NCBI GenBank assembly: GCA_040437565.1
Contig: JBDOQK010000049.1
Span: 186,001 to 250,000, forward strand
Direction of reading: 5' to 3'
Origin: Albugo candida
Taxonomy: Eukaryota
Length of the DNA: 64,000 nucleotides
Shown: positions 13,764 to 25,976 of the stretch, piece after piece
Layout of the letters: each line of letters begins with the position of its first letter
Position numbering within the stretch: the stretch's first letter is position 1
The notes under the pieces: model-generated
The model's database searches: none
Seen by the model: only the letters and a program-made list of their open reading frames with translations
Told to the model about the DNA's origin: nothing
Translations under genes and position numbers: made by a program

Positions 13764-15301
13764 CTCAGGAAAGATAGAACTGATGAGCTGCGGCAAGCAA
13801 ACGGTCATAACAAGAGAGATCGATGTGCCTTCGTAGCATGAACCAAAGTTGTAGGAATCTCAGTTTGAAAAAGCCAGAAAGGAGGGTATGGGGTAAGCGG
13901 CAGGATACCGTGACGAGACAACTAATGGAGGGACCGGGGCCGATCAGATGGTGGCGCTCTTTGAGAATAGTCGCAATCAAGTCTCGACTGGGCTATTCTT
14001 TTCAGGCGGATAAGAAGTAGACGAAGTATGGGTTCGTAAAGATAATGCCTAAACAAGCCCGCATCGTGCACAAGTATAAATTCCAAAAGGACGAAAGGTA
14101 TGGTCAAGTACTTTTCGGTAGGTAGCATTCCAGGACTTTAATGGATTGTTGCAACGGCATGCTTGCATGAGAGAGTCCCGGATCACATTGCGGCAGATCA
14201 TGATGCTTAATGTCATTCTCTCATTCTGCTGTATAAAGAAACTCACAAAGCTAGAGAAAGTAGCACTTCCGTGATAGTTTTCTATTTACCGCAGTTTTGT
14301 GTACGTGCGCGCCTTTTCCGATAAATTTCATGTTGCAGTAATACATGTCCCAATAGAGGATGCCAAAGTGATATATCTACTGACGTAGTCTTCCTACTTC
14401 CCAGTTCTTGTTCGGCACGAGCCATTTATTTGGTTCACTTAAATGAACGCTTCATGACACATACCCGGTTTTTGGCTGTTGNNNNNNNNNNNNNNNNNNN
14501 NNNNNNNNNNNNNNNNNNNNNNNNNNNNNNNNNNNNNNNNNNNNNNNNNNNNNNNNNNNNNNNNNNNNNNNNNNNNNNNNNCTCAGGATAATGATAGAAC
14601 TGATGAGCTGCGGCAAGCAAACGGTCATAACAAGAGAGATCGATGTGCCTTCGTAGCATGAACCAAAGTTGTAGGAATCTCAGTTTGAAAAAGCCAGAAA
14701 GGAGGGTATGGGGTAAGCGGCAGGATACCGTGACGAGACAACTAATGGAGGGACCGGGGCCGATCAGATGGTGGCGCTCTTTGAGAATAGTCGCAATCAA
14801 GTCTCGACTGGGCTATTCTTTTCAGGCGGATAAGAAGTAGACGAAGTATGGGTTCGTAAAGATAATGCCTAAACAAGCCCGCATCGTGCACAAGTATAAA
14901 TTCCAAAAGGACGAAAGGTATGGTCAAGTACTTTTCGGTAGGTAGCATTCCAGGACTTTAATGGATTGTTGCAACGGCATGCTTGCATGAGAGAGTCCCG
15001 GATCACATTGCGGCAGATCATGATGCTTAATGTCATTCTCTCATTCTGCTGTATAAAGAAACTCACAAAGCTAGAGAAAGTAGCACTTCCGTGATAGTTT
15101 TCTATTTACCGCAGTTTTGTGTACGTGCGCGCCTTTTCCGATAAATTTCATGTTGCAGTAATACATGTCCCAATAGAGGATGCCAAAGTGATATATCTAC
15201 TGACGTAGTCTTCCTACTTCCCAGTTCTTGTTCGGCACGAGCCATTTATTTGGTTCACTTAAATGAACGCTTCATGACACATACCCGGTTTTTGGCTGTT
15301 G
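13764..15301. repeat. Gap-flanking direct duplication (13764-14481 vs 14582-15301)
   Basis: Near-identical copies on each side of a 100-N gap, differing at the contig edge. Confidence 0.95.
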
Positions 15302-18300
15302 TAGAGATTGATTTCAATCTCTGAGCAAGATTGGGAACATGCAAGATATTATGATTATGATCAATGAGTTGATACGGATTGCTTGGATTATATAACTTTG
15401 AATTCTCACCAGTGGCAACGGAAAGCGATGTGATACTTTTATAAATACTCAAAGGAGCCGTACTACCGACACTTTACGATATCCAGCTACGTAAACTTTG
15501 ATTTGTATGAATGGCATAGTCGCCCATCTTCAATCGATTCTATCATGAAAATCCAAGTTCCGTCGTGAACAGCGAGCACCCATTCAACGTTTTCTGCTCA
15601 ACTTTTTATCTACCTTCTACTTTTGGGGAACGTTTTTGTCTACAACTTCGTTGCGCGAGATATAATTTCATTGGATTTTTTATAATATGCTCAAAAACCT
15701 AACGAAGCAAATCTTTAGCCTATCAAGCCAATTTTGTGTGCTTTGATTACCTAGCATATTTGCCTAAAATCATCTGGCACACCTCTAATCAACAAGAAGG
15801 CTTCGCATGTACACTGTTAACACCACCCAATGATTCTGTAGCAACGTATCTCACAAGATCAAGAATATTATGCTAACATCAAAAGTGATCACAATGAATT
15901 TGAGAGCATTGAGTTCATATTAAGGTTACATCGCTTGCTTTATTAGCTTGAATTCGTGTACTTCTTCCTTTTCCAAACTCAATTATTGATACTCCGATAT
16001 GTGTCAACGTCTGTCGTTACATTCATGGGCAATGTTGATATGTTATCCTTAGGTACTCCACAGTTAATGCGAGAAATTTCTTTGCGGTCAGAACACACGC
16101 TGTTATCGAAGACCCCTACCGCATTTTCCCTGGTTGCAGTAGATGTACGGCTGGCTAATAATTTTGCTAGGAAATGCCGGTTTAAGATTTGGGAGGTGGC
16201 AGCTTGTCTATCGCTAATCGTGACCTTTAAACCTTTAATTCTATAGTGACCTGGAAGCATTCATCATTTCTCCTCTCCTTTTGGATTGGATTTATTTCGT
16301 TGTTGTTTGACTGAATCTGAAAACTTGTGTGCTTCTTCTGATTCTGTTTTCGTATTTTGCGACATGTTTACGTTCAACAACTCTTTTTTTCAACTTGAGG
16401 AAAAGAGCATTTTGCTCTCATCTCAGTTTGTTTTTCTTGAGCAATGCTATTTTGATACGCACTCTAAATGAAAAGAACGATCCGTAGGCTATGATTCGGG
16501 CGCACTTGTTTTCTTCTCGTCGAGATCTCACAGGTGAGTGTCTTCTATCGATCTCCTATTTCAGCTTCTGTACAGAATGAACGCGGCATTTGACAGAATA
16601 TGCAGGATTTTATGCTCAGCTTATTCTTGCTTCAGGTTTCTTGCAATAAAGTCGATCTATGTACTTTTCGTTACTGTCGTGCGCACACACACCATGAGTA
16701 CTGCAATCGATTGTCTTAATCAAGTGATGGAAGTTGGGACATCTCCAAATAATATGCTTACTTTAATAGTGACAACGTAAGGGCGGAGATCTACCTACGT
16801 GGTCAGTCTCAGTGCGTAATTGGGTTGTTCATCTCGCTGCATATGAATTCTATAGCTTGTTCCCTTCAAGAATTCTTACACATCAGTATCGACCCTGAAG
16901 CTCATATGATAACAATCTGCTCAATTATGTGAGTACTGACATGAACGATCTGTTGATGGACGTGATTAGACTTTCGATGATATTTTGCATCGTGATCATT
17001 GCATGTAAACACTGATACACATCATTGCCCCCTGTCTTGATAAGAAGTACATATTCTGACTTTCTTCACCAACCAGGACGGGTGCGTTTGGATTATGCTG
17101 TGATGCTTCTATCCATCAATCCATTGATTCTACAGCATCCATTTAGTCCCCATCTATCCATATGATACAACGATCCGAAAGTGATTTTTTTGCAACGAGT
17201 ACGTCGCGTTGCGCGGCGTATCATTTGTTAAACAACTGATTGTGGTCATTCATTGTATCAACTTCCATTTACTCAGTCCCATATTTATCCCTACCAGTCT
17301 TGATGCGTGAAGCCCTATTAGTTGATTTCGTCAATCCACGCCTTTATGTTATTTGGCCCTCGGGTGCTGCTTACAAAGACTCGGACGATGTATTTATTGC
17401 ACATGCTTATTATCGGGCAGTCTCGTCAAATGCCCCCTATTTTCGCGATTGTGAGAAACTACTGTTGGCTGTTTCGATCTCATGCATCTGCTCTTGATGC
17501 CATTTCCTATCATCTCTTGAATTATGACTGAAGATACCCGGACATACGGACCGTGCCATTTGAAAAGCTGAGAAAGTTTTTATCTGGGTCCAATCTTATT
17601 TTGTTGATCTATATTATCAGAAATCCAGGATTGGCATACTGGATCTCACTTTCCAAATGCGTGCCATCCTGTCCCTGAATGTCTCACTCACATAACGACA
17701 TGTTGATTTTGAGTGCTTATAATTTCTTTTGTCCACGAGAAATCCCTTTCTTATGGCTTGGTGATGCTGCGTCAAATAGCTTCATTCAACCAAGCCCCCA
17801 TTTCTGCCGTGATGTAGCACTGAATGAAATACTTGGTGGCTCAATTCTGACAATAGCTATGCCTTTTCGCTGAGATATCGTCCTGTGCAGATGAGTTTGA
17901 CTACTTCGCTTTCGCTTGCCTGGCATACAATACTTACCCCAAGAAGATATTTTCCATTGATTTGAATATTTAGCGATCAATGCTCCGCTAATAATTCTTT
18001 TCCGTCGAATGCTAGATTATCTATGTTACAATTCTTGGCGTCAAGTGGTAGATCCATTTAGCTTGTCGAGTGCACTGTCTGCATGGCATGTGCAAGTTCA
18101 TCGATGTTTTATCAAATTCCTGTTCCGGGACGATATTTGCAATCTCTGTTCTGAGTTTGTTGTCTTGATGTGCGGCGTGGAATGGATGCGATAAAATTTT
18201 CAACTCCTTGTAAATTGCTCGAATACCGGTGCGGGCACAAGCCTAGCAAAATTCCTCCAATCCTCGGCTGTGTTGACACAAACTGAGATCTGGGAATATT

Positions 18301-20906
18301 TTTGGATCTCAGCAATGCTTTGTGAGCCTCTCTCGATCAGGAATAGTTTTCGTCAAAGCATTATTTGTGTGATACACACTGTATGTGGTGAGCAGAACGA
18401 TGAGAGCTTGACAGAACTTCATAGATGTATTGAATGGACTTTGAATGGGTGAGCCAATGGGGAGCTCATTCAGAGTGATGATATCGCTCAGTTTACAAAT
18501 GGTTTCACGCTAATATAACTTACTCTCAATTTATACAGAAGTTCTTTATCAATCTCTTCTTCTTGCCGGACGAATTGTTTGCCATCACCCACATTTGCCA
18601 TCTGGATAATGACCTTTATCTGCCTTCTAAACTCCATGCTTGATACTTTGCGCATCTATCTCTACGTCGTCATCGCCCTTCCTGTTCATCGAAATCGTGC
18701 TCCGTGTAATTAATCCTTCCAGAGAAATATTCACAGGGTTGTTCTACTTGTAGATTTGCAAAATTGATAGAAACACCATCTAAACGGTCCCTGGATCGCC
18801 AGTTAGCGTGAGGGAAGTATTACCCCATTACTGTTTCTTGAACTTCGGTGTCCAGCCCACACGCAGTGAGAGCATCTCGTAGGCTGGAAAAGCAAGTTAA
18901 CTGGACAGTCAGAAACTTAATCGATTTTATAGTATTGATCAAATCAGAAACTTTATGGGCCATTTAGCAAAGGAGTGATCTAGTTTGCATGAGAGATGCC
19001 ATAGTGCCTTACAAATACATTATAAGGCACTGAATGCCACAATATTGAATTGGTAAAGTTTACATGATACCATGTTGATGTGGAGCACAGCAATTGTAGT
19101 GAAAGCTGTTCTGCATGGCCTACCTTTCGGATCACATGACTATAGCTTATTGTGTGACAACTTCCAGCACTAAGACACTATCCGTGTGTCTTACATTCGA
19201 AAAATACAATCAGAAAGAATGATGACTATCATCGTACCGTCCAGAATCCTGTTTGGAGAAGATGAAAAAAAGGGGACATTGAGACACCTATAAATGCCAA
19301 AATCGGTGTGTGCATCAGATACAGCTTCTCATGTCTCGTATAAAGTCCGCAATATGAAATATAGTTCGAATAGATGGGTCCTTCACTTGAAGACATTTAA
19401 ATATGGTAGCATGAGCAGATTCACCGATCGGAGCACAAAAATGGCTCATTTGGGCGTTATTCCAGGAGTCATGAAAACTTGGGACATTTTTTAAGAATGT
19501 AGCGAGATACTGACTTCAATTGCTGAGATGACTCTACATCAATGGTCTCCTCTGGAATCCAAGTCTTGGTTGTCGACAAGCTCATACATGTCCTCATCTA
19601 TCTATGTGCAGGTGTGCCCAACTTCACGTGAATCGACCTAGTGATGGATGACCACGCTGGCTCAACCCGCTCCATAACAATACTTACACATTCAAAAATA
19701 GGTTCATTCGTTTCTCCTTTACCTCTCACTAATTGCTGGAACTCGCTGTAGCATTTTGTCCAAGCATTACATGGCAATCTAGGCTCAAAAAAACTAATTA
19801 ATTTCATACCTTGAAGGCGTAAAATGTTTTGTCTAGGTCAATCTGAGGCTTTGATTCGTCGTTGGACATTAACGACAAGAAGCCCGTATTTTCTCGTTCA
19901 TGTGTCGCTTAAAAAGAGCTAAGACTCTATTTTCGAGCTTGTGTTGTGTAAAATCTAGCTTTTTCTGTGACAATCGAGGTATGATGCCATCTATTTATTG
20001 CATTACGGAAGTATATGTTCTGAGCAGTTTTATGATGGACTTTAGAGAGCTGCTTTGCCAGGAGCACGTTGAGCTTATTTGGGATTGTTGCTTTAGTGGT
20101 CGTCTGGAGCAAAACACAAGACATCATTTCGCTATTTCGTAGAGAATAATTATACGCTAATCACATCAACCATGCCACGATATAGAGAGCCGCATCGCGA
20201 GTAGAAAGCGTTAAACACACTCACATGCGACTTGAAGAATAGCTTTACATGAATTACAAGATATAATGTCACTTCGACTGCTTACTAGAGAGTATGTCTT
20301 ACCCAACTAGAACAGATTATTTCTGGTGGACATTCATTCTTTGTCCGAGCGCATCAATTCCATTGACTCATGCGATACGCACAGCGAAGGAATTATTGAG
20401 ATAATATCAAGTCAAATGCTATACGACACACGCTGAAGTATTCAGGCAAGCCTACCAGTCCGCGGGCTGATGATATCTCGAGCTAATTACCCGACTAGAG
20501 CAATCACAAGATATCTCTCAGCACCAAGTTTATAAAGGTAGTCAGCATTTGACATGATAACTATCACCACAGCTAAAACGCAGCTCTCCACCGCTGTAAC
20601 TAATTCGAAATCACGTAGATATCTAAGAAATCCAACATTACCCCGCTGTGCTAAAGATACGACTGTTTTCTTGAGTTTCCATGAATGACAAGTAGATTTC
20701 GTTATTTCTCTCGTGCTTTCCATTGATTCTCAATCAATTTGGTGGCATTTAGTGATGCACCCTTTAAGGTTGGTAACATGTCCCCTCTTTGTATGCCTAG
20801 AAACCTCTAAAATCACAAAACATATCAGAATTAGGTACGATACCTTGGTAAGTACAAGTACACAGCTGGAAAGCATTCACTCTACTACCAATAAGTAAGG
20901 CAGCCA

Positions 20907-22272
20907 ATGTGGACACGATCGAAAGCACGTAAAGCAAATCAGCCTGTGTTCATCGACAATCACTGGAACGATAAGTATATACAAACAAAAGACGAGCAGA
21001 TTGCATTGCTTCAATCAAATAACGTGCTACAAGACTGGAATGACGACGTCGATGACGATGCATCCTGTGACTCCGATTCTGATTCTGAAGGAAACTGTGC
21101 ACATACCAGCCCACAGCAAGTTAAATTTTCCAAACCATCTTCTTCATTGAAGAAAAATAAACGCGTCATGAAACGTATGACGAACGAGTTGAAGGCCTGC
21201 ATTAGTTACTGGTCGTGGAATATGATGGTAGTGACAGTGATTCCTTTCTTCTGTCATTACATCATACAACATCACATGCGCAAAGACAAAAGGTAGGACA
21301 TAGGAAGAGCTCTGACCAATATGTACTCAATTTCTTTTGTGTAGACATGTCTGGCCTTTCAACAATTGTACACTCATTGGCACGATGTGCACTTTACTAT
21401 CAAACGTATCTATCATCATTTCATTGGTGCTTGTTACATGCCATGTATTCTGCTTAGTACCCGAGCTTTTCTCAAAACATTTATTCATCTCATACAAAAG
21501 TCTCTCTGAAGTGACAAGAATGGCAAAAATGCAGGATGTACATTACTACTCGAAGTGTATCCAGTCCTTTTTTTTGAATCAAAGTCTTCCAAGAACTCTT
21601 CAAGATGTCGTCAACGGAAGCGCCTCATACTCATCGGAGCAAATGATTCTCGTCTCCCAATGCTTAATTCTCCTCTCGGGCGCGCTTATCATATTGATGT
21701 CATACCATAAACTGATTCGAGGACTCGCAGCGCTCATTGTATTAATATGGATTGTCATCACCACGTACGACAGCCACGTCCATAAAATTCATACCTCAGC
21801 GATCATCCACGCTATTGACCCAGTCGTTGCATTCAAAAACGAAGCCATCATAGTACGTGTACACCATTTCAATAAGTAAAGCACACGCTTGACTCGCTTA
21901 TGTGTTTATTAGATCGACATAGATGGAAACAATCTAGAAGAAAAAGGCTTAATCCATTGGTTGCCTTACTGGAACCCTCACGAGAATGAGCTTGAGACGG
22001 ATAGCTCTCCACTGACAAGCATTTTGGCAGATGGAAGTGTTCTTGTTACATTCAACTCCGTGAACGAGTATTTTCCGTGTTACCAATCTGCCACAATGGC
22101 TAATAGAAGAGAACAATTGGCAGAAAGAGAACCTCCGAATAACGGAACTTCTCAATCCGTTTGCTTTGAGCTTCTTCGCGTCCGTGTGAAAGATATACGC
22201 AGTATCCCGGGATGGTCGCTGGATGACAAGCGCGCCTCAATTATATCAGCGGCTACGGATGGTCTTGAATGA
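20907..22272 (+). CDS. Uncharacterised multi-pass membrane protein, 3 exons (~417 aa)
   Basis: Exons 20907-21292, 21345-21852 and 21913-22272 join in frame through GT-AG introns. Acidic patch DDVDDDASCDSDSDS and several hydrophobic segments (LLSNVSIIISLVLV, CLILLSGALIILM, LAALIVLIWIVI). Confidence 0.75.
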
Positions 22273-23201
22273 AATAGAAAATCATTTAGGGGTACTTTTG
22301 AAAGGTTTCCTACCGAGGCTACTTGCTGAAGGAAATATTACGTCGAATATAGAATCAGATATAAGCTGAGAATAGTTAGATCCAAGTAGTGGAGAATAAT
22401 GAGCTTTAATGTCGGTTTGCACGAATCTCAGACTCCGTTATTAGTATCGCCGTACGAGAATTTCATATTCACATTGTCAATGGATACGTTTACGGTACAA
22501 AGCGGAAAGTAAAGAATCTAAACGACATAACCAAAAGAAATGAGATAAAGTTCACTTGCTTGTATATCGTAGCGGTTATCCCGGTCAAGGAGGATGCTTT
22601 TATGGGAAAAAAGGTCGATGTTTTGTATCGCAATACCGCATTGTTTATGTAGCAAAGCAGAATCGAGCGGGAGATAATGCACACAAGTCCTGTTCCATTC
22701 CATTTTATGCCATTAAAGAATGGAAGTTTCATGCTGACTACTTTGGTAAGACACGCAGCTCGAAACCGCGCGTACAGCATAATGTTTGACAATTTGCAAG
22801 GGAAAAAGACGTGGCGGGGGCACGTGAATCCAATACAGGGAGGAGGTCTACTTGGAATAGGTTTTTTTCAGCTCCGTTTCGCGGTAAGATACGGTGCTCT
22901 TCGAACTATCTCTGTGCTAGATGCTTTTAATTGAATCGCAGTCACATGGCTTTGAAGAGTTCCAGCGTCATCTCGAGCCGCTTCTTGAACAATCACGCGA
23001 GCTATATGAAAAAATAGCAGCGATGCAAACGCCATCCATTCTTATGGTTCCAGCTGCAAGATCGGAGAATACGCACCATTGCCAAGCGTATTTTTCATCC
23101 AAAGAACCTTTTACAATTTATAAAATGGTCGAATGAAGTAATTCATAGAAAATTCTCGAAGTACTTCGATAATCGCTTGACAGCGTTTAGTTCTTGATTT
23201 G

Positions 23202-24473
23202 ATGATGTTTGATAACAACGGCCTACCATTTACACGACACTCTGACGTACTGAATGCGGATCCCGTAGAGAAGGAAGATGTCGTTAAATTAGTTGAGGAA
23301 ATTAAACGGCGTGGAAATGCTGCCTTCCAGCAGAAATCTTTACCTGAAGCCGATGTTTTGTATTCCAAAGGAATACAATGTGATCCCGAGAACTTCTCCA
23401 ACAACATACACATTCTTTACGCGAATCGGTCTGCAGCAAAGCTAGAAATGGGTAAAGTAGAAGACGCGCTGAGTGACGCGGAAAGCAGTATCAAATTTGA
23501 GCCGAAATACACCAAAGGATATTTTCGAAAGGCACAGTCACTCGTAAAACTATGTCGATACCAAGAAGCGTTAGATGCCGCTGACATTGCGAGGAATTTA
23601 GAACCAGACAACAAGTCGGTTTGCGCTCTGCTGAAGCAGATTAGTGACTCAAAAATGAAAGATGCAACCAAGCCGATGAATGGAACAACATCAAAAGAGC
23701 AAAGAAAGAGTCAAGTAACAAGAACACAATCGGTCAAGCAACCGAAAACTCAACCACAAGCGCAACCAAATACAGGACCCCTCGCAGAAGCCGATGAAAG
23801 CTTAGGTGGAAGTGTTAGAGGCTATAAGAAACTTGCTGATGGAAGAGTGACGACATTTTTCCACAACGAACTTGATGAGCAGACTAAACAATTGATTGGA
23901 GATATTGCTCCAAAACCTGTTAACGATCCAAATGCTGTACAGGTATCCACACGTTCGTTATCAAGTTTTTTCGTTGTCTTATTCGCGATGTTTCTTTTAT
24001 AGATCAAAAGCGTTGAAGGAGCATCTGCATGGAATCAGGGCAACACTTTCGAAGAGAGAAACATGACAGCATGGGCAAAAGAGCGGATTGAATCGCTGTT
24101 CCGAGATCTATCTGTTCCATTCGATGAAGCTCGTTTAAAGGGTCAGCTGAGTGTTGAGAGCATAATGGATCTGAATGGGGATGCATCGGTCGCATTCTTA
24201 CGGGGATCAAAACGATACATTTATGAATTCTCATTTCGACTCAAGTGCAATCTTTCCATCCAGGGTACGGATCAGAAAACAGAAGGCTATCTACAGTTCC
24301 TGGATTTCAGTTCCGATAATTGTGACAATGAGGTCGAAGTGAATGTTTCTTCCCGATACCAGACGGAGTCCGGAAAAGCTTTGCATGCTTCACTTACGTC
24401 CCCTAGCAGTCCCCTTCGTCAGGAGATAGTGAAGCGACTCGATATGTTCGTGAGAGAATTTTCGACATTTTGA
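23202..24473 (+). CDS. TPR + Aha1_N domain Hsp90 co-chaperone, 2 exons
   Basis: Exon 1 23202-23942, intron 23943-24002, exon 2 24003-24473. Three TPRs (IKRRGNAAFQQK, LYANRSAA, KGYFRKA); C-terminal SAWNQGNTFEERNMTAWAKERI...GDASVAFLRGSKRYIYEFSF resembles Aha1_N. Confidence 0.85.
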
Positions 24474-25976
24474 TACTTAGCGGGGAGGAATTGTGATGTT
24501 TTAGTCACCTTTGCGATTAGAAATACAAAATTCTTCGGCGTCTATTTCTGCTGCTTTTCGCGACTCCAGCGTCCACATGTATCCCTTATTGATGTGTTAG
24601 AGCTCTATTCGCTTGTGTAATCAAATATGATTGCTGATAGCGGGTTGAATGCATGTATATAATAGTTTGTCAGCTTCGTAAGACTCCACACGATCTGTAT
24701 GAGAGCACATTACCATACGAAAAATAACTATGCAGCGCGCACTGTGCTTTGTCATTGTCAGAAAGATGCACCGAGTCAGTATTGCACTCATAAGTTGCCA
24801 ATTACAGAGTGAGATGCTACTTTATAATTCATTGAAACGGGGAGCGCAAGAAAACATTGGCGTCGAATAAGGACCGCATGAGCATTGATACACAAGAAAG
24901 ATTACATTTTCAGTATCACTGTAGTTGATGCATCTCTGTAAATGTCAGCCTTGACAATCTAGGAAAGTGCAATGTAGCGTAAGAAGAGTCGGGCTGAATT
25001 AGAGCTTCAGCGAGGATCCTTGTGAAATTTACAAGGCAAGAGCATTTTGGTGTCGAATTCGATTGAACATGAAATGAGATAAATCCCGATATTGAGACAG
25101 TTGGATGATGCGTTGACATAGAACAGGAAACGCTGAAGGCAGGGAAATCTCGTCATTCACGTACTCGGTGTGGATTGAATGAAGCCATTTCAACAGGTAG
25201 ATTCTGATGTTTATAGATACATCTCAAAAACAACATGAGCAGTTATCCATAATCTCTCCCCCACCCTGCTGCTCATGATTTATTCATCAACAAGCCCCAA
25301 GACGACAAAAGAAGTAAGAATTGTACATGGCCGAGTATATCGTAGGCGAGAATTACAGAGAATTCACAGCAATGTATTTAGTCGGGTATACTGAATACGC
25401 TGTCTGGTACTGGAACAAAGTGAAATGTATATTAAACAGGAGATATGGCCCCAGTCGACTCCGTTTATAAACAATTACGGTAACTCTGTAGCTATCATGG
25501 AGGAGGCGGTTTTGAGAACACATTGCACCAAAAAATAAACTGATACAAAGATTATTTATATCTCAATGCTATGCCAACATTAGTGGCAGCTTGTGACCTA
25601 CGCTAATTACAAAAGTGCAACTGCTGCCACGAAAATGTGCTTGATCTCTTCCTACCGTTTGGATCCTTTGGGTATAGCAACGCAGGAATAAATAAGCACG
25701 TATCTGCTACAATTAGTAGCAAGCTTGATCCTACCCGTTATCCACATTGTACGACGTTTGATCGATACCACGGAATATCGCTTCAGCAACGGAGCGTTAG
25801 AAAATTCAATCACGCACATATTCGTATCTTGCCCGAGACTTGTCTAATTGCCACTGTCTACGACTGCTATCTCAAACCTAATCCGCCATCGCATCGAATT
25901 GCTTGTCGTCCGCAACCTCGAGTAGCTGCGGGTTCGTTCCAAGATGCGGAACCTGTTGTTTATCCGCAGTAGTATT

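Noticed and set aside
22480..23136. Small spliced gene upstream of the TPR gene
   Set aside because: Splice-like signals exist, but I could not build a stop-free model that reaches ORF 22921-23136.
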